Below, in pieces: positions 1 to 13,312 of a stretch of 64,000 bases of DNA. The notes under the pieces are model-generated. The model was not told the DNA's origin, did no database searches, and worked only from the letters and a program-made list of their open reading frames with translations. The position numbers and the translations under genes were made by a program. The stretch covers positions 36,520,001-36,584,000 of the forward strand of contig NC_045696.1 of the NCBI RefSeq assembly GCF_009834535.1, given 5' to 3'. Origin of the DNA: Camelus ferus (Eukaryota). Every line of letters starts with the position of its first letter. Within the stretch, counting starts at the first letter, position 1.

Positions 1-622
1 TGCAAATGGAAGATTAACTGTACTTTATTTGTAATTGTTCCAAATGTGATGATGGTGAAAAGCAATGATACAAATACCAACTTTTTTTTTCCTACCAATG
101 TTTCTGTGTGAAGATTAAGAGTGTCTGTGACTAGTTCTAGAGTGATAATTTCAGTTGGCTCAAGTCCATTAACTGCAGGGAAAAACACCTGGCAAGGCGG
201 TTGGTAGCAGCCCGTTCTTGTTAACCTTTCAGCCTTCACAATAACTATCAGCAGGCACAGAGTCAGGGCCTCTAATTAACTGGCATTAAAGCTTCTGACA
301 GCTAATAACTTTTTATCGGTTTCCAGGACTGAGTGAAAGAAAATGTTCTGATTAATTAGAATCAAGGAATTTTTAAATTCCATAATCCTAGAATTGAACA
401 ATTTTTAGGCATAGAAAATAAATCAGTGTGGTTACTCAGATGACATTTTCTTAAAAACAAAATAGAGTTTCAAAGTACATTATTTTAGTTGCTTTAATCC
501 AGTTTAATTTTCACCTACTGTACTCTTATTTTTAGTAAAAAGGAAAATAGCTAAGAAATGGAAAACTTAGAGGATCAACTCCAGACCTAAAGTTTTAACT
601 GGATTCTTCTCACCTGTGAAAT

Positions 623-1220
623 TGTTACCAGGAATGGGAGAAAAAAGTTACCTCTGTTCTTCGTCACCTGAAAAAAATGAATTTTTAATGAGAGACAGAA
701 AGTGTAATATAAACAGAAGATTTTATTAGTAAAGTTAAGGTCGTAAAATACAGTACACCCCCAAGGACTGGGGACGGGCCAATCCAAGAGAGGAAGAATG
801 GCGCTGCTCCTTTGTTTTTCCTGCTCTCATATCCTGGCTTAGGGGCGTTTTCGTGATTGATTGATTGATGGCTCCTTGTGCTCAGGCTGATTGACAGCTC
901 AGTTTCCTTGTGCTCAGGCACGCCCATCCCTTTTGTGCATGTTCTTACCCATGATGCACACAGAGAAACCTATAGGGGGAGCTCAAACTGCAACGTTAAT
1001 TACATTATAATGAGCATTGGTTCAAGTTAAGCCTGGTCCTTCTCTCTACTGCATAGCTGCAGGGTTCGGTTCTAGCCCACTTCTTTGCTGGCTCTTATTT
1101 AGAGAAAGTATGTTTTTGGAGCCCCTTATCCTGAATGCAGGCGTACTGTTACTTTTTAGGTTGCTCCTTCCCCCTTTCTCTCCCCCTGCCCGGTACTCAT
1201 TTCTGTCTAACTGTCTAACA
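623..1220 (-). mobile_element. ERV1-type solo LTR (~598 bp)
   Basis: Termini TGTTA...TAACA; exact 4-bp TSD AAAT (619-622, 1221-1224); AATAAA on - strand (ttttatt 721-727); 15-bp internal direct repeat tccttgtgctcaggc (873-887, 905-919). Confidence 0.85.
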
Positions 1221-1389
1221 AAATAATTTCTGCTAGTGAATTATAGAAGCTCTTTAATCCTCAGTAAATGTGAGGGATTAAACCTCAGTCCTGCAGGGGA
1301 TCCATTTTAAGGAAAATACTGAAAAGCTTCACTGATGCCCTTCTTTTTGTCTTGTTTATAAGAAAAACAGATAATTTGTAGATGGCCTG

Positions 1390-2290
1390 TATCTATAAAG
1401 AGAACATGCTCATCATTGGTTATACAGAAGCTAAGGTGGACTTGAGGAGAAAGCTGAGCTGAAGCTCAGGTGCTAGGCACAATCCTATTAGGAGAAGGCA
1501 TGGATAAAGATTGAGGTGGGAGCCAGCGCACATCATTGCTGACTTACGGCAAAGATAGTTGAGAACCATTTTTGTACCAGAGTGAGTTTTCTTAGAGGCA
1601 AGTCTCAGCTAACTGTGGTGGCAGGAATGTAGTGAAGTTATATCTAGACTGTTGGCCCAAGTCCTTGGGGTACAAGGGAATAAAAATAATTTAATTATTC
1701 ATTTTTTTGTGGAGAAGCTCCCGAGACAGTAAGTGGAGAGTGAGTACCAGAGCAAGTCCCAAGATTCAGACCTTCCCCTTGTTGCCACTGTTGTGTGGAG
1801 GCAAAAGGCAGGCAGGGTGGCATGTCTAGGATAACAGAGCAGTCTCAGGATTTCTCACAACCTGCAGCAGCGAGGGAGGGCAGCTGGTTGTTCCCCGTGC
1901 CTCTGAGAGTCTGTATAAGTAACGGAGAGAGCTCCAGGCTTGAAGAGTTCCTACAGGAAGGGGCAGGATTAAAATCCAGAGGCAACCTGCTTTGGTCAGT
2001 GACTGAGGATTAGGTGGGAACATGCTTGTCTCAGTGGATGCAGACAGGAAGAGCTCATGAGTAAGAACCAAAACCATCCCCTCTTTCCTTGAGGCTGAGG
2101 CATTCATTACCTAAGAACCCTAGGTTTATGACAAAACCCCTGGAATAAAGGAAATGGTCTTGACTTGATTAAGATTTTATTTTTATGCTTTGGTCAAATG
2201 GGCACTCAAAATACAAAATCAAGTTGAAGTACAGAAAAATACACCAATTTACACTTCTTGCTCACCTGATCTTTTAGTATTCCATTGTAC
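1390..2290 (+). mobile_element. Possible ancient Gypsy-like mammalian LTR (MamGypLTR-like), very diverged
   Basis: Purine-rich body ending in aagttgaagtacagaaaaatacaccaatttacacttcttgctcacctga, resembling recalled MamGypLTR 3' ends; termini not resolved. Confidence 0.3.
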
Positions 2291-2329
2291 ATATGCATCA
2301 TATCTTCTTTATCCCAGATACTTTTACTC

Positions 2330-3625
2330 TTTCAGTGAGTCTTCAAACATAACCAGCTGTAGTTGAACGTCAGCTAATCCAAAGACTTCATGAAAGAGAA
2401 GCAAATCAGAAAATCCTAACAACTTGAGCATAGATACCCAGTCTCAGTATCTGTTGTCTCTCCACTTCTTGAAGTACTGTCTTCACTTGATTTCTAACAC
2501 ACAACTCATTCTGGCCTTCCCTCTACCTTTTTGTTCACTCCTACACGATTTTTTTTTTCTTTGCTTGTTTCTCCTTTGTTAATCTTGTTCGGTCTCCAGG
2601 CTATAAATTCCACCTGTGTACTGATGATCCACACATTTATATATCTGGCCCATATTCCTCTCCCAAGCTCCGACGGCCCCCTTGGCCTCTGCATCTATGT
2701 GGTTACTGGCTTCTAAAACTTAACATGTCTAAAGCTGAGCTCCTGATGCAATCCTCCAAGCCAACTCCTCCAACAATTTGTTGCCATCTCCGTAAATGAC
2801 GATCTTCTATTTCCAGGTTCTTAGTCCAAAAACCTGGTGCCACCCCTGATGACTCCTTTTCTCTTGAACCGCACATCTAAGTCCAGAGAGTCCACTTGGC
2901 TGTGCCTTTAAAAGCGTCCAGAATCTGACCATTCTCATCATAGCTACCGCTGTCACACAAGTCCAGGCCACCATCATCTCTTACCTGGTTATTGTAACAG
3001 GCTCCCAGCTGGCCTCTCTGTTTCTAACCCTGTCTTCCTATAGCCTATTATCAACACAGTGGTGAATGATCCTATTAAATAATCATAGATTAGGTCACTT
3101 CTCTGCACCAAATTTTTCCATGGTTTTCCAACTCAAAAAGCCCAAAGCCCAAATCCTGACTGTGACTCTCTCCATGTGATCTGATCCCACATGACCTCAG
3201 CCTTCATTTCTCCCTCTTGGGACCTCATCAACTCTGGCTGCCCTGCCCTTTCTCAGACACGTCAGACGTATTTTCAGGACGGGTCCTCTGTGCTGGCTGC
3301 TCTTGCAGCATAGTGTGCTTCCCTATTACATCAGCATGGTTAGCTCCCTCACTTCCTTCATATTTTATTCAAAAGTCATTTTTACTATGAGTTCCCTGGC
3401 CACTCTGTCTAAAATTTCAAAGGCTAACTTCATATTTCATAGAATCTTTTCCTGTTTTATAATTTCTTCTTAGAACACACCATTTATTCACATATGAATT
3501 TTGCTTTGTTTATCTTGTTTATTCTGTTTCCTGCTTGACACTGTTTTGTTTACTACATGATGTCTGGCCCTGCAGTAGTGCTTGGCATGTGGTGAATACT
3601 CAATAAATATTTGTCGAATGATGAT
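2330..3625 (+). mobile_element. L2 LINE 3' portion
   Basis: L2-type motifs (aaacttaacatgtctaaagctgagctcctgat; gtccaggccaccatcatctcttacctgg) and 3' end gtgcttggcatgtggtgaatactcaataaatatttgtcgaatga. Confidence 0.8.
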
Positions 3626-4797
3626 TTAGTAAATAAATCTTTACTAAACTACCGCCAGATTCCTTTTTTACTTTTATTAGTCTGCGGCCATGTGAAAGGA
3701 AACTGTCTCACTAACAAAAATTTTCAGCATGGGTTTTATTCTATTTCATTACAAAACCCAGTATTAAAAGTGCTTCTGTAACACTCGTTTGCATATGATA
3801 TAAAATGTTACTTTTCTCCTAGTAAGTGTACTTTCTGACCACAGTGCTATCTGGAAAAAGGTCTGTTAGTAATTAACATAAAGGTGATTTTTGCCTCATT
3901 ATATTGTTTCTTTATCCTAGGATGACTTCTGGACCAAATCATAAAATCAGCATAATACTTTGGAATGAAAGCTGTGTGTTTGCTGACAATCTTTGGTTTG
4001 CTTTCTTCTTTGCTGATACTGTTCTCTTTTATTAGAATTTTCAACCTTCTCATTTCTGTCCAAGGAAACCCTGAATATTAAAGGTATAATATTTTTAATA
4101 TTTGCTAAATTATTTTCCTTATTAATAAATGGATTTTGTTCCTGCAAGCTGTCCACTAGTTGGCATCAGGGAAGGAGAGAAGGACAATACTCTCTCTGAA
4201 AGGAGAAGAATGTGATGTTGGGGCAAAAGTGATGGATTTTAATCTACTTCCAATGCTTTAAAGCCCCAGAGTGGGGAGAAAGTTTACTGCACATGTGAAC
4301 AGGAAAACCAAGAGCAGAAGGGCTATAGCCTTGGTCATCATTTGTTTCTCCAGTAGGAAACTCCAGAGCTCTTTTGGCCAACATAGAGTGAGTAGCTCGG
4401 CAGTCAAAAGGATGAGTGGTTTGGTTTGGTGGAGAGAGGGTCTCAGTGACACGTGCTTGCTTCCTCCAATTGCAGAGTGTGTGGACACTGGTTTGAGGCC
4501 TACGAAAGAACCTAGCATGGTGGGAGCAATGTCGGTCAGAGGATAAGATGAAGGATGTAGCAATGACTCAGACAGGTCTGCAGAGTCAGGGAGTAGAGGG
4601 AAGCTGCGTCAGCTTGGAGGGGTAAGAACTGACAAAGCTGAGAAATTTAGGATCATGTGGGTACAGCCATAGAACAATTAGGCTAACTTTGGGGAAGTGG
4701 TCATGGGCTAACACACCCAAGGATTAGCTCAAGAGAAGAGAGCCTCCCTCTCTCAGTGCCTAAGGTCACAAGCTGCCCAAACTCACTATGCAGTTAC

Positions 4798-5125
4798 TAG
4801 GGGTCAGCAAACTGTAGCCATAGGCCAATATTTCCTGTTGCCTAATTTTTTATGTCCTGTAAACTAAGAATAGTTTTTACATTTTTAAATGGTTACAAAA
4901 ATCAATATTTTATAACACTTGAATATTATATGAAAGTAAAATTTCATATAATGTATCCGTAAATAAAGTTTGATTGGAACACAGCCATATCCATTAATTT
5001 CAGTCTTGTCTATGGTTGCTTTCCTGCTGCAGGGGCAGAGTTGAGTAGCTGCAATAGAGACTAGATGGCCAATAAGCCTAAAATATACTGTCTGGCCATT
5101 TACAGATAAAGTTGGCCCACCCTTG
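4798..5125 (+). mobile_element. MER58B-like hAT-Charlie MITE
   Basis: TIR-like ends taggggtcagcaaact...aagttggcccacccttg; internal aaataaagtttgattggaacacagcca and cagagttgagtagctgcaatagagac. Confidence 0.85.
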
Positions 5126-6129
5126 CAATATGCCATCTCAGGAAGTAGACTAGGAGAGAGAGAGAAATCTGAGGAACTAAGCTATAACCTTAGAGAGACT
5201 GAATTAACCACTAAGAGACCACTGAATTATAGGATTCACTAAATTTAATTAGATTAGACAAAAAATTAAGATTAGCGAGAAATTCCCGGAGATGCCAGTT
5301 CTTCTCCATGTTCCTAAATGGCTCAGTGGGCATCCCAGTTATGAAGTATCTCATACAGAGGGTGTCTCTAGACCCTCAGTAGACTCAGTGCAGATTTACT
5401 CACAGCTTATGAGCAAGTATCACACATAAAGATCCTATTAGAATCCAAGCTTGTGAAACCTCTAGGTAAAACTGTGAAATAGCCCCCCCCCCCCAATTTT
5501 CCTTTTTCCCTTTTCAAGTCTATTGGCAGTCCTATTTTCCTACTTGCTAAGGTACCAACCTTACTCAAGCTGTTTTATTGAGGTCTTGTGTCATTCCCAG
5601 ATGTCCTCCCCCTATTCTCCCCAAAACAATAGAAACACCTCATTTGTTTACATTGATACATGAATGTCTGACTGTTATGAAATTATCTCCCAGATATTTT
5701 GAAAACAATGGTTTATTAACACAAAGGAATAAATTCCTAATGGAAGAACATTAGTGATAACATTTGGTTATATACTTTAAAAATTTAAGTTGTGATTTCA
5801 TGCTAACACAACAGGCCAATTTTATAAGGAATTACATATATGTATGTATATATATGTGCTATTTTCCTTTCTTTGCTTTTCAAAATTTACATTAATTACT
5901 GAAAATTTAAAGGAGATGAAATAGAAATAGATAAGAATAGATGTTGGTTAAAGACACATCTGGATTTATAAGCCAAGTGGAAAGGAATATGGAAATAACC
6001 ACCTATTCCTTAAACTTAATCTTCAACTTAAACATTCCTATTGATTAGAGGTTATCGTTTCTCTGATTAGTTACAGAACAACCATTCCATTATTAAGAGT
6101 TACCTATTTCTTAAATATTTTTAGTGTTA

Positions 6130-6310
6130 GGTAAAGTCTTTTGATTTTACTCAATTCCTAGAAACAGATCTGTGAATAGGTATTTCAAAATCCATTTTAC
6201 AGATGAGGATACTAGTACTAATAAATTTAATCATTTTCCTTCCTGTAGGTTATGTAGCCTATAAGTAACAAGACCAGGAGTTAAGCTCAAGTCTTATAAC
6301 TTTGAAGACT
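6130..6310 (-). mobile_element. MIR SINE
   Basis: Core ccattttacagatgagga (reverse complement of the MIR core). Confidence 0.6.
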
Positions 6311-7190
6311 GTACTAAAATTGAGAATAAGTTAAAAATCCTTGGCCCTACTTACTAATGTTTGAAATATATTTTTGTAAATGACTTAGTTTTTAAAAAAT
6401 AATTGTTGAGTTTTTTATATATATATATATTCTTAAAGGCTTCAACAGCCTACTTTGTTTCTCTGACCCTCAAGGTTAAATGGCCCAGTTTAGCTATGCC
6501 AGTGCTCTTCTTAGTAAAGGAGATGTGGCAAGCCAGCAACTCATTTTAGAGAGTTAACCTTGAAGTTATTTAATATTAAATCAATTTTACTTAGGGATGT
6601 TTTTTCACCCCCACAAGGTCCTTTTTATTCTGTCATGCAATTTGCTGTCAAACTAAATGATGCATTTAAATAAAATGACCAAAGATAATGACTGTAACAA
6701 GGGAGAGACCAGAACAATTGCTGTTGTAATGTCATTCTGATCTGAGTGACCCTGTTATGTTGGAGTCATGATACAAGGAGTGTCAAGCCATGGAAATCTG
6801 TCACTTTTTCTTAGCCAAATAGTGGAAGTTTCTAGTGGGCAGGCATTTAAAGAAAAGTTATCCAAAGTGTAAATATCTGTTATAAGGCAAACTCAGAAAC
6901 AATCACAATACTAACTAGAAGTAGAATGTAAGAACAGTGCACTCAAGTTGATCTTGAAATGGAATGGCATTAAAATCTGTTTCTTACTGGAGCTTATAGA
7001 GCATGATCAAATAATGGGGAAGAACTGTTGTGGTCACCAAATTGGCTTGGCTACACTGTGAAATAGGAAGATAATTGACAAGATGTCTTTCAAAGACAAT
7101 TGGGTTTGTGAACTTAAGAGTTGAATTTTTGTGATGGAAAAAAAGCAACGGCAGAGCTTCTAGGCTACCTGACAGTCTAGCAGAATAGTA

Positions 7191-7342
7191 TTCCTCCTTC
7201 CTTCCTTCCTTCCTTCCCTCCTTCCCTCTTTCTCGCCTTCCTTTCTTCCCTCCTTCCCTCCTTCCTTCCTTCCTTCCCTCCTTCCCTCTTTCCCACCTTC
7301 CTTTCTCCCCTCCTTCCCTCTTTCCTTCCTTCCTTCCTTCCT
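7191..7342. repeat. (TTCC)n-derived polypyrimidine tract containing a 60-bp tandem duplication
   Basis: 7201-7260 and 7261-7320 match at 57/60 positions. Confidence 0.95.
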
Positions 7343-7967
7343 TGACTAAGGTGAGACAATCCTAGAGGTGATTACTTGGCTCACTTGCACATAAGGAGCT
7401 CTTACAATTTGTTTTTACCTTTCAGGTTTCAGTCATATAAATTTAGCACCTATATATACTTGATTTAAATTAATTAATCTCCAAAAGAAATGGAACACAT
7501 TTTACAGCTACTCTCTGTCACCTTTTTCATGCATCATTGACCAGGCTTTTTTTGTTTCATAAGCCACTAGAGAGAGACCAGAAGGTTTTGTTTCTTAGAA
7601 ATTTGCTCAGTGACATCTTATACATTTTCTTAATTTATTTCTAAGTTGAAATTCTCATAATTTTCCTTGTAACTAATTTTTTTCACATTTAATACATGAT
7701 CCGTTCCTAATGCTCTAGTTTGTGGATTCACGCCATGAACACGGAGTCTATTGAGACTAGATTTTTATTCAGTCTTGGATTTTTTTTCTCTTAAAAACAA
7801 CATTTTTGTTTTATAATCAGAAGCCAAACTCAAAGTACATCATCTTTCTTTCTATCAAAACTCATCAAATAACCAGTTTGCATGTTCTTATGTTAATCAT
7901 ACATTCATTTCTCAATAATAGAATATGTAATTTTCTGCTACTTATCTGTAGTATTAATCCTACCTTC

Positions 7968-8461
7968 TGTAGGGGAGGAAAATATAATTTTCCCTCTACT
8001 TTTTTAACTTCTCTGCTGGGGCCCCTATAACAAAAGATTAGCAAGAGTAAACAAACAGGAGTTTATTAACATGTATAACTCACGTATACAAGGGAGATAC
8101 CAAGGAAAAAGTGAGGATCTCTCATATATGGCTTAAAATTCAGGCTTACATATCATCTTCAGCTAAAGACAAAAGGGTGTTGGGGAGGCTGGTTATAGAG
8201 AGGTGACCAGGAAAAGTATGGTAAATAAGAGTAAGGCTTGTGATACAGATTTAAGTTTGTGCTCTCTCCAATGATAGGAGTTTCTAGTAAGTCCTCTTCT
8301 TGGTACACCCTCACAAATGGAGCCTTCCTTTGTAAGTGTAAATTTTCCTTGTAAGAAGTTCACTTCTACTGTATTTTCAGAGGTTCTCCTGTGTCTGTTT
8401 CTCAAAATAATCCTTATGTCAAAGAGACGTATTTTCTGGTGGCATATTCTACCATTCTTCA
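7968..8461 (-). mobile_element. MER34-family ERV1 solo LTR
   Basis: TG...CA termini; - strand begins tgaagaatggtagaatatgccaccagaaaatacgtctctttgacataaggattattttgag as in MER34-type LTRs; AATAAA on - strand near 8062; TSD imperfect. Confidence 0.8.
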
Positions 8462-8749
8462 TTCCTTTTTGGGTTTGATATTTGTAATACTTATTTTTAT
8501 GTTTAAAGGGAAAATAATTTTGAAGTATTTTAAACAGAACTTAAAAACAGTTTATGAGAAAAATCTCTCTGTATAGGACATTTGAAGAAGTGTACTTAAA
8601 TCTTTAAAAGTAGCTAGTGAATTGCAACTAAATGTCAGAAAACAAACAAGAAAATATTCAACTCTTTCTTCTTGTATTTGGTGACTTCTCATTGCCTTTG
8701 GTGGGATTTCAGTGTTGCTTAAAGCACTAAAGTAAAACTCAGCCTAACT

Positions 8750-9880
8750 TTTCATTTTAATTTTGGCACTGCTGACTGTCTCTAGTTTCTGAAATGCTCC
8801 CACTCTTCCTCACAGCACACAGTTCTTGATCCTCTTCCTAGCTCTCTGAGTTCTTTCATGTCTTTGTCTTCTTCCTTAAATCAGTGTTTCTCCAAGTAAG
8901 ATCCTTGGTTTATCTGCATGCATGATAATCATTATAAAATGATTCCTACTAAAAATGCAGCTTTGATTCAAGACTTGGCCTCCCAAAGAGAAATCTCCTA
9001 GTGGTAGAGCCCAAGAATCTGCCTTGTAGCAAGTTTCTCTGAGTTCATCTTACACACAGTCAAGTTTGAGATCTACTACCTTAAAATGACAGGCCATTTC
9101 AGGGTTATTCCATGTCTCTGCCTCAATCACACCAGCATTCACCCTGTTATCTGAAAGTGCATGGACCCTCCTCTGGCCTTGATACTGGTCTCATTCCTGA
9201 GTCTCAGAGTCCTCTCTCTCCTTGGAGAGCTCAGAAAACCCTCAACTTCCCTTAAACCTGGTCTTCTTCCTCCCTCCCTTTTCAGTGATTTATATCGTCC
9301 ACATCTACATAGCTGCCAGAGCCAGAAACTAGGAGACAACCCTAATTTTTGTCTTTTTCCTTTAGATTCATTCATTTACAGGGCCCTTTTTATTCTGCCT
9401 TCTAAATATTTGTACATTTAATCCAACTGTCTCCAGTACCATTTTTACTACTTACTCTGGCCTGTGTTATCCCTCATCAAAAATATTACAACAGTAATTT
9501 TTATGTTTCTCCAATCCCTAATAAATTCCCACATATTTCCCTTCTAAGATCTTAATCTAATCCTGTCACTTCTCTGATTAAAAGCTTTCAATAGCTCTCA
9601 TTTGCTTTTAGTGTAAAATATAAACGCCCTAGTGTGGCTTACAGTGCCCTTCACGATCTGATCATTCTCTATCTGTCCAATTTATTTCTTACCACTCACA
9701 GTCTCATGCTTTATAATTTGTTGTATTAAATTTCCTACATGTTCTTCAAGTTTCCGTGATGCTTCTTGTCTCTAGGCATGTATACTGAGTTCTCTTTCTT
9801 TGTGGAGCTCTGTTCCTTACCCTCTTTACTCTGATAATTTCCACCTAACGTTTAGGTCTCACTTCCTCTGGAATGCCCTT
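8750..9880 (+). mobile_element. Diverged L2 LINE interrupted by a MER5-type MITE
   Basis: L2 motifs gccagaaactaggagacaaccc and cctagtgtggcttacagtgcccttcacgatctg. Confidence 0.6.
8882..9080. mobile_element. MER5-like hAT-Charlie MITE
   Basis: cagtgtttctccaag...gagcccaagaatctgc...aagtttgagatctact. Confidence 0.55.
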
Positions 9881-9899
9881 CTCCTTACCTCTTGGTTGT

Positions 9900-10170
9900 G
9901 GGCACAGCATCACAGCAGTGCTCCAAAAAAGAAGGAAGAAGAAGGGGGTGGCACCAGCCAGCACAGCTCTAACATTTTATTTGTCTCATAATATTGTCCA
10001 GAATCAGGTCAGATAGTCACCTGTAGCTGCAAGGGAGGCTAGGAATGAAAGTATCTTTCAAAGGGAGACATCAGGATTAGTTCAGATGGATCATGATGCA
10101 TTACTCAGACTGGACATACTGCTGTTGGGAACAAAATTTGGACTCTGTTTTCCAGAAAGAAAGGGAACGG
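9900..10170 (-). mobile_element. MLT1J/K-like MaLR LTR fragment
   Basis: agtcacctgtagctgcaagggaggctaggaa and aacaaaatttggactctgtt motifs. Confidence 0.5.
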
Positions 10171-10929
10171 CCTGAGGGAAGGTGTTTACCAGGCTCTCCC
10201 TTACAGATTGACACCTCAGGGAGCTGGGGTGGGTACCCAGCAGGCCTACTCCTTTATCTAACCCTAGTTATTTCCCTCCTTCTCCTCAAAACCTCAGGGC
10301 TATTTCCAGAGTGAGAAGCAAATGCCTGCAGGCCTCTCCCAGTCAAGGTTAATGTCTAGGCATCTTGTGTTTGCTGCCTCTTAAGGGAGTCGTTAGCTAG
10401 TTTGCATGCTACTTGTTTCTGGAGCTGAAGAAACACCGCTTAAAAGGATTAATTTGGCTGGTGCTCCAGAGAATTTGGAAAGTAAACAACTGTTTCTTTT
10501 TTGTCAATATGGCAATTAAGAACAGGGAGATTAAAGAAAGAAAAGTAACTGCAGCTTTTATTTCTACAGTAGACTGATAGGCTAGTGAGTCACTGAATAG
10601 GTAATGAGCACCAGCATAATTTTAGATGAACAAATCCAGTTCAGGGACAAAGTCTCTCTTTCCTCGACTGCTTTCACCTCAAAGTCCCCAAATAGAACAC
10701 AGACCAAAGCCTGCCAATGTTGAACTGGGAGTTTGTGTTCACTTGATTGTGTATAAAAATGTTTCTATGCTACAGACACAAATCTGGGTGAAAATTTGGT
10801 TTCAAGTAAAAGCAGATTTTTCTGCAGCCAGAAGTGTTACTTTTGATTTTATTATGGATGAGGAAATTATAAATATACAGTCACGTTACTAGACCAAATG
10901 ATCCAATTGGAGTGTCAGTAGTTGACATG

Positions 10930-11152
10930 AAATCAGAGTCTCACAGAGTGAATACTGGTTCTAGTTCTGTTACCAACTTACCTATCAGTTACCTTGGCAA
11001 ATCACTTAATCTTTGTGAAACTATTTCCTTATATATTTAAAGATGCCTCCTTCACCACTGCTTGTAGAGGGCCCTTACACTTCATTGTACCCCCTGTTCC
11101 TAGTTTAGTGCCTGACACATGATAAACACTCAGTAAATACTTATTAAATAGA
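10930..11152 (+). mobile_element. MIR fragment followed by an L2/MIR-type 3' tail
   Basis: accttggcaaatcacttaatct; agtgcctgacacatgataaacactcagtaaata. Confidence 0.55.
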
Positions 11153-11911
11153 CTACACAACTAAAAATCAAATGAAGTATATATGTGCAAGTGTTATGAA
11201 TGCTTATATAAATATAAGTATTATTATTTTTATTTTCTTCCATAATATATATTGTTTCAAAACCTACTGCAGAAATTAAGGGATAAACTATAACCACATA
11301 TAAACATTTAATTTGCAGTACTTTCAGGATTCCATTTGTCAGTCTGTTGAGATTGACTTTATCCACAAATCTTCAGAATTATTTATAGGAATACATTTTA
11401 TTTATAAACCACTGAAGCCATTTAAAAGGCAATTTCATAATCTTATATTTTTTTCAAGCACCATTCCACTGGGTAAAGGAACAAATGGAGTAGCTTTTGG
11501 TGTACAGTGACTTTTATTATCAGTCATTAACAGCTAAATTAATCAAAAGCCAAAGTTGCTGAAGGGTAGCCATGAAGAAGGGAATGCACTTATTAGGAAC
11601 ATAATTTCAGGACAAAATCATGATAGGGTTTCCCTTGACTATTTCAATTCCTGGAAGATGTGAGATAATGTGGCCCTTGAGAGTTGGTGGAGAGTATTGC
11701 TGAGGGGAAAGCCCCATGGCAGCTGCTGCCTGTCCAGCTGAGAATTCCCGAACATCCACCCTCAAGTACCTGTCTGATGCTTGCATACCAGTTATCTCAT
11801 GGTGAAACCTGTGGGAAAAGCAGCGAGGGCAATGAATCCAAAGAGGAGAAAGGACATGTTTCAGGGGACTTTTTGTTTTAGAAATCCCTTTAAAGGAAAG
11901 GGAGAAAACCT

Positions 11912-12268
11912 TGTTAAGTTAGCTAAACAAGGAGGCCGTTAGGCTGAGGTGGCTTTATTACCTGAGTAGCTTGCATAAGCAAACTGGATCCTAAGCCTCT
12001 AATGCCTCAAGGTTCAGAAATTGAAACGTAAGGACAATCAATCTCAAACAGCCAGCTAGGCTTTCCCAAATGAGGCAACCACTTAAGCTACAGTCAATCA
12101 AATAATTTCCTTGCTTTGCTTCCTCCTCTTTTCTTTTTATAAAAGTCTATCCCCTAGCTCCTGCCAGTAGAGGACTCCTAATCACTTCCGGGTTGGCACT
12201 GCCTGATTCAAATAAATTTTTAGTCAAAAAACTCTTGATTTTTATTATGCCCAGCTTATCTTTTAACA
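11912..12268 (+). mobile_element. ERV1-type solo LTR (357 bp)
   Basis: Inverted termini TGTTAA...TTAACA; exact 4-bp TSD ACCT (11908-11911, 12269-12272); TATAAAA near 12138 and AATAAA near 12211. Confidence 0.9.
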
Positions 12269-12960
12269 ACCTTAAATGCAAAATGTTATTTTAGTGGTCA
12301 CTGTTGCTTCTCTCTTCTGCTCTTGGAGAGCAGCAACAGCCAAATTTAATTGATGTTAGGCATCAATATACAATAAGGACTGTAAATTACCGTGAAGATG
12401 TCTGATGGTAACCAAATGGTGAACTCATGCCCACAAAAGAGTTAGTGTCAACATTGTAACACCTGTAAACATGGGTATTGTCACTCTCCAGAGACAGTCA
12501 CTTGTATATAGAAGTGAAAATGGATTACATTTTGAAATACTGCCCACTTTGTTTTTCCTTCTTGGTCCTTGTCTTTTAACTCTATGGCTCTCATGATTAA
12601 ACTATACATGAGTGTGAGGGCTGCTGCCCTAAGGAAAAAAGGAAAAAAAGAACTCAGAAAGAGAGTCAAATTCCTGACTTTATAGTTCCTAAGTAGACTT
12701 TTATAATTTTCTATTGGAGATGTTAGTCTAAAAGCTGAAGAATGTTTGAAAAGCAAAAGCTATGCACTATTCCAAGAAAAGAAGTTTGTAATGGAATAGG
12801 AGACGTTGGACTTGCATATATATACCAAGAAGACTGGAGCACTCAAAGCATGGAATCCACACTCAAAACTGCAGGGTTGGGAAGAATAAACAGTGAGCCA
12901 TTTTCCCTTAAAGAACGCATATGTCAGCTAGCTGAACTGAGAAAGATACTTGAATTACAC

Positions 12961-13261
12961 CTTTTTTTAATTTTTAAATTTGAAAAAATTTTTATTGAGG
13001 TATAGTTGATGTACAATATTACATAAATTTCAAGTGTACAGCACAGTGATTCACAATTTTTAAAGGTTATATTCCATTTGTGGCTATTAGAAAATATTGG
13101 CTGTATTCCCTGTGTTGTACAGTGTATCTTTGTAGCTTATTTACTTCATACATAGTAGTTCTAACCTCTTAGGTTATTCCCTGCCGCTATCTTGCCCCTT
13201 CCCTCTTCCCTCTCTCCACTGGTAGCCACTAGTTTGTTTTCTATATCTGTGAGTCTGGATC

Positions 13262-13312
<51 letters not shown>

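Noticed and set aside
614..668. Micro-exon on the - strand (ttttcag/GTGACG...CAG/gtgaga)
   Set aside because: Lies mostly within LTR U5; splice-like motifs alone are not evidence.
4210..5280. Second ancient Gypsy-like LTR around the MER58B
   Set aside because: Composition is suggestive, but I could not fix termini or diagnostic motifs.
7177..7359. 60-aa GRKE-repeat ORF
   Set aside because: Translation of a (GGAA)n simple repeat.
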